Shown: positions 9,866 through 19,400 of the stretch, one piece after another | Layout of the letters: each line of letters opens with the position of its first letter | How positions within the stretch are numbered: position 1 is the first letter of the stretch | NCBI GenBank assembly: GCA_021785655.1 | Contig: JAJYET010000001.1 | Location: 96,256 to 160,255, forward strand | Direction: 5' to 3' | DNA from: a bacterium | GTDB lineage: Bacteria > Chloroflexota > Dormibacteria > Aeolococcales > Bog-877 | Length of the DNA: 64,000 bases | Program-made: the position numbers and the translations under genes | The notes under the pieces: model-generated | What the model was told of the DNA's origin: nothing | Database searches by the model: none | The model's input: only the letters and a program-made list of their open reading frames with translations

Positions 9866-10857
9866 TGGACTTCACCCTGGACGAGGCCCAGGAGGAGCTG
9901 CGCTCCCAGGCACGTTCCTTCCTGGCGTCCAGATCCCCGCTGAGTCAGGCGGCGGAGCTCGCCGAGACCGACGAGGGGTGGGATCCAGGCGGGTGGGCCG
10001 AGATCGCCAACCTGGGGTGGCTGGGGGCATCCGTCCCCGAGCGCCTCGGGGGAGCGGGTCTGGGCTTCGTGGAAGAGGCCATCCTCCTTGAGGAGTTCGG
10101 GCGAGCGCTGTACCCCGGACCGTATCTGGCCACGGTGGGGCTGGCCCTTCCCGCCCTCCCGGACGAGCTGCTGGCGGAGGTGGCCACCGGTGGGAGAAGG
10201 TGGTCGGTGGAGCTGCGCCCGGGCTGGCCGGTCCCCAACCTGTCCCAGGTCGACATGGTGGTCGCGGAGCGGGGCGACAGGCTGGTGGCGATCCCGGCGG
10301 ACGGAGCCATGGGCCCCACGGTGGACCCCTCCCGGAGGACCGGTCACCTGGCCCCGGGTCCGGAGACCAAGCTCCTGGAGGGGCCCGCCGCGGCGCGGGC
10401 CCAGCGGCAGATGCGGCGGCGCACCCGAGCCGGCCTGGCGCTGGAGGCGGTGGGCCTCGGGGCGGCGGTCCTGGAGATGGGAGTCGCCCACGCCTGCACC
10501 CGGGAGCAGTTCGGCCGGCCGATCGGCGCCTACCAGGCGGTGGCCCACAAGCTGGCCGACACCTACCAGGAGCTGGAGCTGGCGCGCTCGGCCGCCTATT
10601 GGGCCGCCTGGTGCATCGCCGAGGACGACCCCGAGGCGGACGTCGCGGCGGCCGCGGCGCGGGCGCTGGCAGCCGAGACCGCCGTGGCCGCCTGCGAGCG
10701 GGTGATCCAGGTGCACGGGGGGATGGGCTTCACCTGGGACTCACCCCTGCACCGCTACTACAAGCGGGCGCTCTGGCTGGAACGGTTCGCCTGGTCCCCG
10801 GCGGAGTGTCGGGCCGAGGTGGCCGCAGAACTCCTGGGAGAACCCACCGGAGGATAG
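9865..10857 (+). CDS. acyl-CoA dehydrogenase (short partner subunit)
   Basis: MDFTLDEAQEEL, REQFGRPIGAYQAVAHKLAD, QVHGGMGFTW; TGATG coupling. Confidence 0.9.
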   Translation: MDFTLDEAQEELRSQARSFLASRSPLSQAAELAETDEGWDPGGWAEIANLGWLGASVPERLGGAGLGFVEEAILLEEFGRALYPGPYLATVGLALPALPDELLAEVATGGRRWSVELRPGWPVPNLSQVDMVVAERGDRLVAIPADGAMGPTVDPSRRTGHLAPGPETKLLEGPAAARAQRQMRRRTRAGLALEAVGLGAAVLEMGVAHACTREQFGRPIGAYQAVAHKLADTYQELELARSAAYWAAWCIAEDDPEADVAAAAARALAAETAVAACERVIQVHGGMGFTWDSPLHRYYKRALWLERFAWSPAECRAEVAAELLGEPTGG

Positions 10858-10861
10858 AGAG

Positions 10862-12487
10862 ATGGCGATGATGGACATCCCCCTCAACAGCTGGATGCTT
10901 TTCAGCCACGCCGAACGCTACTTCGGGGCCACCGAGATCGTGACCCAGGTGGCGCCGGGTCGGCGCCACCGCTACACCTATCGGGAGTTCGCCCAGCGGG
11001 CGCAGCAGCTGATGCACGGGCTCGACCGGCTGCAACTGGAGGAGGGTGCCAGGGTTGCGACCCTGGCCTGGAACGGCTACCGCCACCTGGAGGCCTACTT
11101 CGGCATCCCCTGCTCGGGGAGGGTCTACCACACCCTGAACCCCCGCCTCCCCCTCGCAGACCTCGAGTTCATCATCAACGACGCCGAGGACCAGGTGATC
11201 CTGGTGGAGTCCAGCCTCCTGCCCCTGCTCGACCACCTCTGGCCGTCCCTCGCCGTGAAGCCGCAGGTGGTGGTTCTGGACACCTCCTGTGGCGAGAGCT
11301 CCATCGAGGGCCGGATCGCCTACGAGGACCTGCTCGCCGACCAGCCGACCTCCTACCCCCGGAAGGAGATCCCCGAATACAACCCGATGGGGATCTGCTA
11401 CACCTCGGGGACCGAGGGACGCCCCAAGGGAGTGGTGTACACCCACCGCTCGAACTTCCTGCACGCCCTCGCCAACACCTCGGGGGGGGCCATCGGGATC
11501 GGCCCCGCCGACAGCGTCCTGGCGGTGGTGCCGATGTTCCACGTCAACGCCTGGGGGATCCCCTTCGGAGCCACCCTGGTGGGTGCCAAGCAGGTGTTCA
11601 ACGGCCCCAACTTCGACGCCCCGACCCTGATCGACCTCATGCTCGACGAGGAGGTGACGGTGGCGGCGGGGGTGCCCACGGTGTGGATGGCAGTCGCCGA
11701 TGAGCTCACGCGGCGGGGCGTGGGGCTGCCCACCATCCGTCACCTCACGGTAGGCGGGAGTCAACCGCCCCGGTCCATGCTCGAGCGCTTCCAGCGGGAG
11801 TTCGGGGTCACCATGATCCAGGGGTGGGGGATGACCGAGACCTCGCCGGTGGGCAGCCTGGCCACCCCCAAGAACACGATGCAGGGCTGGAGCCAGGAAC
11901 AGCTCATGGACGAGGTTCGCACCAAGGCCGGGCTGCCACTGCCCGGGATCGACGTCAAGGTGGTCGACGCTCAGGGCCAGGAGCTGCCCTGGGACGGCAC
12001 GTCGATGGGCGAGCTACTGATCCGGGGACCCTGGGTCGCCGACAGCTACTTCAAGGGAGTGGGGCCGGAGCGGTTCACCAAGGACGGCTGGCTGCGCACC
12101 GGGGACGTGGCGGTGATCTCTCCCGAGGGTTACTTCGTGATCGTGGACCGAACCAAGGACCTCATCAAGACTGGCGGGGAGTGGATCTCCTCGGTGGACA
12201 TGGAGGGCACCCTGATGGGGATGGAGGGGGTGGCCGAGGCGGCAGTCGTCGGGGTCCCCGACCCCAAGTGGCAGGAGCGGCCGCTGGCGGTCGTCAGCCC
12301 CAAGGAGGGCTTCGACGTCACCTTGGAAGGGGTCCGCGCCCATCTCGAGGGCCACGGCTGGGCCAGATGGCAGCTCCCCGACCGACTGGAGCTGGTGGAG
12401 GCGATCCCCAAGACCAGCGTCGGGAAGTTCGACAAGAAGGTGATCCGCCAACGCTTCGCCGCCCCTCCCACCGTGGGGCCGGGGTGA
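10862..12487 (+). CDS. long/medium-chain fatty acid-CoA ligase
   Basis: YTSGTEGRPKG, WGMTET, LRTGD, DRTKDLIKTGGEWISS, PKTSVGKFDK. Confidence 0.95.
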   Translation: MAMMDIPLNSWMLFSHAERYFGATEIVTQVAPGRRHRYTYREFAQRAQQLMHGLDRLQLEEGARVATLAWNGYRHLEAYFGIPCSGRVYHTLNPRLPLADLEFIINDAEDQVILVESSLLPLLDHLWPSLAVKPQVVVLDTSCGESSIEGRIAYEDLLADQPTSYPRKEIPEYNPMGICYTSGTEGRPKGVVYTHRSNFLHALANTSGGAIGIGPADSVLAVVPMFHVNAWGIPFGATLVGAKQVFNGPNFDAPTLIDLMLDEEVTVAAGVPTVWMAVADELTRRGVGLPTIRHLTVGGSQPPRSMLERFQREFGVTMIQGWGMTETSPVGSLATPKNTMQGWSQEQLMDEVRTKAGLPLPGIDVKVVDAQGQELPWDGTSMGELLIRGPWVADSYFKGVGPERFTKDGWLRTGDVAVISPEGYFVIVDRTKDLIKTGGEWISSVDMEGTLMGMEGVAEAAVVGVPDPKWQERPLAVVSPKEGFDVTLEGVRAHLEGHGWARWQLPDRLELVEAIPKTSVGKFDKKVIRQRFAAPPTVGPG

Positions 12488-13761
12488 CCCGGGCCATCCA
12501 GGAGACGGTTCCGAGGGCCGCCGGAGGGCTACCTCCAGGACGGTACCAGTTGCCATCCACCGCGGTCGAGGAAGCGGTGGCTTCGCTGGCCGCCGCCCTC
12601 GAGCCTCGGGCCTCGGAGCTGGCCGAGCGGCTGGCGCGGACGATCTGGGCGGACGACGACGGCTACCGTCTGCGCGGCTGGGTCAGCGCGGAGGAGCTGC
12701 TGCTGGCCTGCCAGGAGAACCTCGAGGAGGTGCTCCGCGATCTTGCCCGCCTTCCCCGGGGCGGTGCTGTGGCCCGATCCACAGCCCTCTCCACCGGGAG
12801 GCAGAGAGCCCTCCAGGGGGTCCCCCTGGAGAACCTGCTCCACGCCTACCGCCTGGGAGGCCGGATCATCTGGGAGGCGCTGCTGGAGGAGTCCCGGGGG
12901 CGGTGGCCGGAGCTGCTGGCCCAGGGGGCGGTGGCGGTCTGGGAGGGCATCGACCTCTACTCCTCGGCGGTGGCCGACGCGTACAGGAGGGCGGAGGCCG
13001 AGATCCGGGGAAGAGACCAGGCGCGCCGCCACGACCTCCTGCACTCGATGCTGATCGGGACCGTGCCCGCCGGGGAGCTCGACCTGGCCCAGGAGTCCCT
13101 GGGGCTGCCGGCCGGCAGCCCACTGGTGCTGGTGGTGGCCGATCCCCTCTCGATCTCGGCGCCGGAGGCCTGGTCCCTCATGCGAGCTGTCGGCCTGGCC
13201 TCGGAGTGGGCCCTTCTCCAGGGCCACCTGGTGGGTCTGGTGGCCGCCCATGCCTCCCGCCAGGTGGCGGACCACCTGCGCCGGGCCCACGGGGCGCGGG
13301 CCGGCCTCAGCCCCCGGTTCTCCGGGCCGGGAGGCGCACCCCGGGCCTACCGGCAGGCGGAGCTGGCGCTCCGGTCCATCCCCGGTGGGGCGCCGCGGGT
13401 CGTGGAACTGGACGAGGATCTGCCCCTGGTGATCCTGGCCGCCTCGCCGGAGCTGTCCGAGCGGCTCGCGCGGCGGTGGATGGCGCCGGTCCTGGCGCTC
13501 CCTGAGGGTGAGGGCCGGTCGCTGCTTCGCACCGTCCGAGCCTACCTTCATCACGATGGTTCCGTGGCCGCTACGGCCACCTTCCTCCCCTGCCACCGCA
13601 ACACGGTCCGCAATCGGCTGCGGCGCATGGAGCAGCTCACCGGGCTGGACCCCCAAGCGCCCCGGCACGGCGCGGACCTCGCCCTGGCCCTGCGCGCCAG
13701 CCGGCTCCTGGGATTGGAGGAGCCCTGGCCGGGTCCGGACGAGCGCCGGGGGACCGCCTGA
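12484..13761 (+). CDS. PucR/CdaR-family transcriptional regulator
   Basis: RsbRD_N-like GRQRALQGVPLENLLHAYRLG; C-terminal HTH TATFLPCHRNTVRNRLRRME; GTGA overlap. Confidence 0.9.
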   Translation: MTRAIQETVPRAAGGLPPGRYQLPSTAVEEAVASLAAALEPRASELAERLARTIWADDDGYRLRGWVSAEELLLACQENLEEVLRDLARLPRGGAVARSTALSTGRQRALQGVPLENLLHAYRLGGRIIWEALLEESRGRWPELLAQGAVAVWEGIDLYSSAVADAYRRAEAEIRGRDQARRHDLLHSMLIGTVPAGELDLAQESLGLPAGSPLVLVVADPLSISAPEAWSLMRAVGLASEWALLQGHLVGLVAAHASRQVADHLRRAHGARAGLSPRFSGPGGAPRAYRQAELALRSIPGGAPRVVELDEDLPLVILAASPELSERLARRWMAPVLALPEGEGRSLLRTVRAYLHHDGSVAATATFLPCHRNTVRNRLRRMEQLTGLDPQAPRHGADLALALRASRLLGLEEPWPGPDERRGTA

Positions 13762-14240
13762 TGGTGCTGCGGGTGGAGGGGGTGGCGGGCCTCGAGGCGC
13801 TCGCGGGAAGGGAACTCGGCCCCACGCCGTGGCGGGCGATAACCCAGGATCAGGTGGACCTCTTCGCGGAGGCCACCGGTGACCACCAGTGGATCCATGT
13901 GGACCGGCAGCGGGCGGCGCAGAGCCCCCTCGGCGGGACCATCGCCCACGGCCACCTCACCCTCAGCCTCCTACCGTCGTTCCTCTCCGAGATGGTGCAG
14001 GTGGAGGGGATGGCGATGAAGGTCAATTACGGGCTCAACCGAGTGCGCTTCCCGACCCCGCTCCCCGTGGGAGGGAGGGTGCGCGCCAGGGCGAGAGTGG
14101 ATAGGGTTGACCCCATCCCCGGGGGCGTCGAGGTGGAGATCTCGGTCACGGTGGAAGTTGAGGGTCGGGAGAAGCCGGCGTGCGTCGCGCAGACCCTCGG
14201 GCGCTATTACGTTGAGGGGATCACAGGAGGAAGCGCATGA
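13761..14240 (+). CDS. MaoC-family (R)-hydratase
   Basis: FAEATGDHQWIH, IAHGHLTLS, NYGLNRVRF. Confidence 0.93.
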   Translation: MVLRVEGVAGLEALAGRELGPTPWRAITQDQVDLFAEATGDHQWIHVDRQRAAQSPLGGTIAHGHLTLSLLPSFLSEMVQVEGMAMKVNYGLNRVRFPTPLPVGGRVRARARVDRVDPIPGGVEVEISVTVEVEGREKPACVAQTLGRYYVEGITGGSA

Positions 14241-14989
14241 ACCTCGAGGGCATGGTGGCGCTGGTCACCGGCGGGGGGCGGGGGATCGGTGCCGCCACCG
14301 CACTGCGGCTGGCCAGGGAGGGGGCGGCAGTGGCGATATCGGACCTGGACCTGGAGCCGGCCCAGGAGGTGGCGGAGAAGGTCCGGGCCGAGGGCGGGAG
14401 GGCCCTGGCCCTGGCCTGCGACGTCCGCTTCCCCGGCCCCGTGGAGCAGATGGTCCAGGAGACGGTGGAGAAGCTGGGGCGCCTGGACGCCCTGGTCACC
14501 TGCGCCGGGGTCCTGCGCGACAACCTGGTCCACAAGATGAGCGAGGAGGATTGGGACCTGGTCATCGACACCCACCTCAAGGGGAGCTTCCTCTGCAGCC
14601 AGGCGGCGCAGCGAGTGATGGTCCCCCAGCGCTCGGGCAAGATGGTCCTCATCTCCTCCACCTCGGCCCTGGGCAACCGGGGCCAGGCCAACTACTCGGC
14701 CGCCAAGATGGGAATCCAGGGGCTGGCTCGTACCCTGGCCATCGAGCTGGGCCGGTACAACATCAACGTCAACGTGGTGGCCCCGGGCTTCATCGAGACC
14801 CGCATGACCATGCAGACAGCCGAGCGGATGGGAGTCGACTTCGAGGGCTTCAAGGAGGCCGTGGCCGCGGCCACCCCCATCCCCCGGGTCGGGGTTCCGG
14901 ACGACGTGGCTGGGACCATCGCCTTTCTGGTGGGACCGGACGCCTCGTACATCAGCGGGCAGACGCTGTACGTGAGGGGCGGTCCGTAG
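14237..14989 (+). CDS. 3-oxoacyl reductase / SDR (FabG-like)
   Basis: TGGGRGIG, GQANYSAAK, VVAPGFIET. Confidence 0.92.
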   Translation: MNLEGMVALVTGGGRGIGAATALRLAREGAAVAISDLDLEPAQEVAEKVRAEGGRALALACDVRFPGPVEQMVQETVEKLGRLDALVTCAGVLRDNLVHKMSEEDWDLVIDTHLKGSFLCSQAAQRVMVPQRSGKMVLISSTSALGNRGQANYSAAKMGIQGLARTLAIELGRYNINVNVVAPGFIETRMTMQTAERMGVDFEGFKEAVAAATPIPRVGVPDDVAGTIAFLVGPDASYISGQTLYVRGGP

Positions 14990-14997
14990 CCGCCGGG

Positions 14998-15771
14998 GTG
15001 GAGGGGGCCCGCCCGGGGCCTCCGGGCTCGCTGGCGGGTCGGGTGGCGCTGGTGACCGGGGCCAGCCGGGGCATTGGTGAGGCCTGCGCCCTGGAGCTCG
15101 CCCTTCGGGGAGCCCGGGTGGCGGTCTGCGCCCGCAAGGAGGAGCCGCTGCGCCAGGCCGCGGCCCGAATCTCCGCGGCCAGCGGGGCTGAGGTGGAGGC
15201 GATCCCGGCCCATGCCGGGCGCCTTGCCGACCTGGAGCGGCTGGTGGAGACGGTGATGAGGCGCTGGGGTCGCCTGGACGTCCTGGTGAACAACGCCGGG
15301 ACCAACCCCCATTTCGGCCCCACCCTGGAGATCTCCCCGGAGGCCTGGGACAAGACCTTCGAGGTCAACCTCCGGGGTCCGCTCCTCCTCACGTCCCTGG
15401 TCTATCGCGCCTGGATGGCGGACCACGGGGGAGCGGTGGTGAACGTCTCCAGCATCGCCGGGGTCAACCCGGCTGTGGGCTTGGGCGCCTACGGCATCTC
15501 CAAGGCCGGCCTCAACATGCTGACGCGGCAGCTGGCCCGGGAGCTGGGCGGCAGTGGGGTGAGGGTGAACGCGGTGACCCCGGGGATCGTGGAGACCGAG
15601 TTCGCCCGTCCGCTGTGGGAGGAGGGGCCGCTGGGGGAGCGCAACCGCCGGCGCAACCCCATGCAGCGATTCGCCCAGCCAGAGGAGGTGGCCCGGGTGG
15701 TCGGGTTCCTGGCCTCTGACGAGGCCTCGTACGTGAGTGGGGCGGTCCTCCAGGTGAGCGGCGGCGAGTGA
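14998..15771 (+). CDS. SDR-family oxidoreductase
   Basis: TGASRGIG, NNAGTNP, YGISK; start estimated. Confidence 0.9.
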   Translation: MEGARPGPPGSLAGRVALVTGASRGIGEACALELALRGARVAVCARKEEPLRQAAARISAASGAEVEAIPAHAGRLADLERLVETVMRRWGRLDVLVNNAGTNPHFGPTLEISPEAWDKTFEVNLRGPLLLTSLVYRAWMADHGGAVVNVSSIAGVNPAVGLGAYGISKAGLNMLTRQLARELGGSGVRVNAVTPGIVETEFARPLWEEGPLGERNRRRNPMQRFAQPEEVARVVGFLASDEASYVSGAVLQVSGGE

Positions 15772-15786
15772 GATCAGTAGGGAGGA

Positions 15787-16956
15787 GTGGAAGTGGATGA
15801 GGCGGTGATCGTGGCCGCGGGCCGGAGCCCGATCGGCCGGGCCGGCAAGGGATCTCTGGTGGGCTTCCGCCCGGACGACCTGGGCGCGCTGATCCTGCGC
15901 CGGGTGCTGGAGCGGATTCCGGAGCTCCCCCCCTCGGAGGTGGAGGACGTGCTCTGCGGCTGCGGGCTGCCGGGGGGGGAATCGGGATTCAACCTCGGTC
16001 GGGCCATCAGCATCCTGGCGGGGGTGAACGCCCCGGGGGCCACGCTCACCCGCTACTGCAGCTCCTCCCTGCAGACCACCCGGATGGCCTTTCACGCCAT
16101 CCGGGCGGGCGAAGGGGACGTCTTCGCCTCCGTCGGGGTGGAGACGGTGAGCCGCTACGGCTACGGCACCTCCGACCCCCCAGACGCGCGCAACCCCCGG
16201 CTGATGCCGGGTAATCCGGAGGGCCTGCCCGACCTCTACATTCCCATGGGTCTCACGGCCGAGAACGTCGCCGAGCGGGAGGGAATCACCCGGGAGGAGA
16301 TGGACCAGTTCGCCACGCGCAGCCAGAACCGGGCGGTGGCCTCGGAGGAGGACGGCTTCTTCGCCCGGGAGATCATCCCCGTGGAGCTCCCCGACGGTCG
16401 GCTGATGGTGAAGGATGACGGGCCCCGGCCCAACACCACAGTGGAGGTCCTGGCCACCCTGAAGCCGGTCTTCAAGGAGGATGGGCGGGTGACCGCGGGG
16501 AACGCCTGTCCCCTCAACGACGGGGCGGCCGCGGTGATCGTGATGTCGATGAAGAGGGCGAGGGAGCTGGGCATCACCCCCCTGGCCCGGATCGTGGCCA
16601 CTGCCGTGGCCGCCCTGGAGCCGGAGTACATGGGGCTGGGACCCATCCCGGCCACCAAGCGGTGCCTCGACCGGGCGGGAATGACCATGGACGACGTGGA
16701 CCTGGTGGAGATCAACGAGGCCTTCGCCGCCCAGGTGATCCCCTCGGCACGCGGGATCGGCATCGACCCCTTCGGGGAAAAGCTCAACCACTTCGGGGGC
16801 GCCATCGCGCTGGGCCACCCCTTCGGGATGACCGGAGCCCGCATAACCTGCACGCTTCTCAACGGATTGCGCACCCTGGACCACGAGGTGGGGCTGGAAA
16901 CCATGTGCGTCGGCGGGGGCATGGGGATGGCGATGCTGCTGCAGCGGCTGGCCTGA
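15787..16956 (+). CDS. acetyl-CoA acyltransferase (thiolase)
   Basis: RYCSSS catalytic Cys, NEAFA, GHPFGMTG, MCVGGGMG; strong RBS GGAGG. Confidence 0.95.
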   Translation: MEVDEAVIVAAGRSPIGRAGKGSLVGFRPDDLGALILRRVLERIPELPPSEVEDVLCGCGLPGGESGFNLGRAISILAGVNAPGATLTRYCSSSLQTTRMAFHAIRAGEGDVFASVGVETVSRYGYGTSDPPDARNPRLMPGNPEGLPDLYIPMGLTAENVAEREGITREEMDQFATRSQNRAVASEEDGFFAREIIPVELPDGRLMVKDDGPRPNTTVEVLATLKPVFKEDGRVTAGNACPLNDGAAAVIVMSMKRARELGITPLARIVATAVAALEPEYMGLGPIPATKRCLDRAGMTMDDVDLVEINEAFAAQVIPSARGIGIDPFGEKLNHFGGAIALGHPFGMTGARITCTLLNGLRTLDHEVGLETMCVGGGMGMAMLLQRLA

Positions 16957-17022
16957 CCCTGCGGCGAGGTGGCCCGCCGGCGTCGCCAGCCGGGCGCCGC
17001 TGGGCGCGGCGTCAGCCCTGGC

Positions 17023-17433
17023 TCATCCTCCGGTCTGGTGACGGGCCACCGAATAGGCCAGGATGAGCGGGATGTCCACGGCGTACACCAGCAGCATGAG
17101 GGTGAGCAGCAGGAGCTGGGCGGCGGGCACCCGGTCCAGGGCGAACACCAACTCCAGCATCCCGGCGCTGATCGAGTAGGCCAGGAGGGCCCAGAGCCCC
17201 ACCTGGCGGAAGCGCCGCCAGGCGAACTCCGGGATCCCGAGCATGAGGAAGGCGGCCACCAGTAGAACGAGGATGGCCGCCGCCAGCAGCCCGATGGCCG
17301 GGGCCAAGGCGGCCGGGCCGGGGATGTTGGCCGCCATGTAGATCCCCCCGGTCACGATCAGGGCCAGCGCACCCACCGCCAGCTCCGCCACCGGAGGCAG
17401 GGTGCGGCCGGCGGTGGCGGGGGCCCCCCTCAT
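17023..17433 (-). CDS. hypothetical 4-TM membrane protein
   Basis: four hydrophobic segments; TGATG coupled to the upstream membrane gene. Confidence 0.7.
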   Translation of the reverse strand: MRGAPATAGRTLPPVAELAVGALALIVTGGIYMAANIPGPAALAPAIGLLAAAILVLLVAAFLMLGIPEFAWRRFRQVGLWALLAYSISAGMLELVFALDRVPAAQLLLLTLMLLVYAVDIPLILAYSVARHQTGG

Positions 17434-17990
17434 CAGGTCGCCAGCCGGGTCATGATCACCAGGGTGGCCACCTGCATCAGCCCGGTGGCCCCTGCGGTGT
17501 AGGCGAACCGACGCATCAGCCGGCCGATGATCTCGGGATCGGGCCGCGGCTTGCGCATCTCGAACAGGACCGCGACGTTGGCGGGCTCGAGGATCCCCAG
17601 GGCGATCACCGTCATCACTCCCACCACCACGAACGATGCCACCAGCCAGCCGTGATACTGGAAGTGGGGCTCCAGGTAGCCCAACTTGCGAGCCAGCTGG
17701 AAGCCCGCTCCCAGGGTGCAGGTCACCAGGGTCGGCATCAGCAGGACCATCTTGGGCATGAAGCGGGCCGCGAATTCGGCGCGGGCGGCCGGGGAGAGTC
17801 GGGCCAGGATGGGTCCCACGATCAACCCCACGAAGAGGTCGATCGCGGTCCAGAGAGCGCCCCCCACCACGTGGAAGAAGTCCAGGGCCCACAGCCAGTT
17901 GCCCACGATCGCCGTCACCAGCAGGGCGAGCACCAGCCCCACCACCGGCAGCCCGCGCAGAGGCACAACCTCCACCTGGGGTCGGGGCAA
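17433..17990 (-). CDS. hypothetical multi-TM membrane protein
   Basis: about 5 hydrophobic helices, one with an intramembrane His (DFFHVVGG). Confidence 0.75.
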   Translation of the reverse strand: MPRPQVEVVPLRGLPVVGLVLALLVTAIVGNWLWALDFFHVVGGALWTAIDLFVGLIVGPILARLSPAARAEFAARFMPKMVLLMPTLVTCTLGAGFQLARKLGYLEPHFQYHGWLVASFVVVGVMTVIALGILEPANVAVLFEMRKPRPDPEIIGRLMRRFAYTAGATGLMQVATLVIMTRLAT

Positions 17991-18073
17991 GCTGGCTGCG
18001 GCGGCGCCAGTGGCGGGGGCGACCTCTGTGGACTGGCTCAGGACGCGGATTGTACTGCCACGGCTGCCGCGAA

Positions 18074-18565
18074 TCAGGCCTCCGCGGCACCCTTTCCGCG
18101 CCGGTGCGGCCTGACCACCAGGACGGGGACGTGGGCATGGCTCACCACCTGCTGGGAAACCGATCCGAGCAGCAGACCGGAGAAGCCGCCCCGTCCGCGC
18201 GAGCCGACCACCAGCAGCTCCGCGCCCTCGGACGCCTCCACAAGGGTCTCGGCCGGGGTACCGAGCACCGCCTCGACGTCAGCCTCGACTTCCGGGAAGT
18301 CCGCCGCGGCCGCGGCGACCTCCTTCGCCACCTCCTCCCGGGTGGCGGCCACCAGCTCGTTGATGTAGGTCTCGTCGGCGTAGGGGTAGCCCGGCACCGA
18401 GAGCGCCACAAGGTGCAGCTGGACCACGCCGACGGCTCTCAGCCGCAGCCCGCGCAGCCGCGCCTCCTCGAACGCCCACCTGAGGGCACGACGGCCGGCG
18501 TCGGATCCATCCACGCCCACCACCACGGCCCGGTCTGATGACCTGTCCACTTCCGCTATGTCCAT
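18074..18565 (-). CDS. universal stress protein
   Basis: VVVGVDGS...ALRWAFEEA, LLVVGSRGRGGFSGLLLGSVS. Confidence 0.93.
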   Translation of the reverse strand: MDIAEVDRSSDRAVVVGVDGSDAGRRALRWAFEEARLRGLRLRAVGVVQLHLVALSVPGYPYADETYINELVAATREEVAKEVAAAAADFPEVEADVEAVLGTPAETLVEASEGAELLVVGSRGRGGFSGLLLGSVSQQVVSHAHVPVLVVRPHRRGKGAAEA

Positions 18566-18653
18566 TCGGAGCACCTCCCGCGATTCGGCGGCCACATCCG
18601 TGGGGCCCACGCAGCCTGAGTGTGCACGAATTCAGGGCTCCCTGGATAGGGAG

Positions 18654-19400
18654 CTACCGTCGCCCCCACCCGGGGGTTTTCATCCGCCCCGGCTCGGCCA
18701 GGAGTTCGGGCCGCATCTGGGCCGGGAGGTGAAGCCGCACCATCTCTCCGCGGGGGAGCTGCCTCACCCTCAGGCTGCCGCCCAGCATCGACGCCCGGTG
18801 CCGCAGCGCTCGCAGCTCCTGAATCGTGGCCGCGTCGGCTGCCAGCGGGTCGGCCGGAGGGCGGGTGTCCACCACCAGAAGCCGGACCCCCTGGGTGCCC
18901 AGGATCAGCCTCACCTCAACCTCGCTGGCTCGGCCCCGCTGCTCGATGAGCCGCAAGCCCTCCTGGGCCACCCGGTAGCAGGTGAGCTCGTGATCGTCCC
19001 CCAGGGAGTACGGGCGCCCGACCAGCGCGAACCTGGTGCTCATCCCGGTGCGCAGCCCGAACTCCGAGGTGAGGGCTCGCAGCGCCCGAACGATCCCGAA
19101 GTCGTCGAGGATGGCGGGGCGGAGCTGGCGCGCCAGGGTGCGCAGGGTCTCACTCACCCGCTCGGTGAGCCTAAGGGCCTCGCGGGCGCTGTCCCTGATC
19201 CGCGAGGTGGGCTCGTGCGGTTCGGTGGCGACCTGCAGCAGCCGGCTCACCTGGGCCAGCGTCTGCAGAGGGTCGTCCTGGATCTGCTCCGCCAGCCACT
19301 TTCGTTCCCACTCCTGAGCGTGGAGCAGGGCCAGCTCGTCGTGGGGTGAGGCCTCCGGCGCTCCCCATTCGGGACCGCGGGTGGGGCCGGACTGGATCAT
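18654..19400 (-). CDS. degenerate HisKA_3/HATPase histidine kinase (probable pseudokinase)
   Basis: LRPAILDDFG and YRVAQEGL retained; H-box reads EQIQDD; no DxGxG. Confidence 0.75.
   Translation of the reverse strand: MIQSGPTRGPEWGAPEASPHDELALLHAQEWERKWLAEQIQDDPLQTLAQVSRLLQVATEPHEPTSRIRDSAREALRLTERVSETLRTLARQLRPAILDDFGIVRALRALTSEFGLRTGMSTRFALVGRPYSLGDDHELTCYRVAQEGLRLIEQRGRASEVEVRLILGTQGVRLLVVDTRPPADPLAADAATIQELRALRHRASMLGGSLRVRQLPRGEMVRLHLPAQMRPELLAEPGRMKTPGWGRR

Noticed and set aside
11824-12483. Apparent N-terminal extensions of PucR (also second ACAD 9094, SDR 14107, metG 25381, nitrobindin 47318)
   Set aside because: They overlap neighbouring real genes; motif-bearing regions start downstream, often at coupled starts
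14692-16884. Long antisense or alternate-frame ORFs (also 19815-22046, 56890-59136, 31890-33665, 7449-8894)
   Set aside because: Shadows of real genes in high-GC DNA; Arg/Pro/Gly-rich with no motifs
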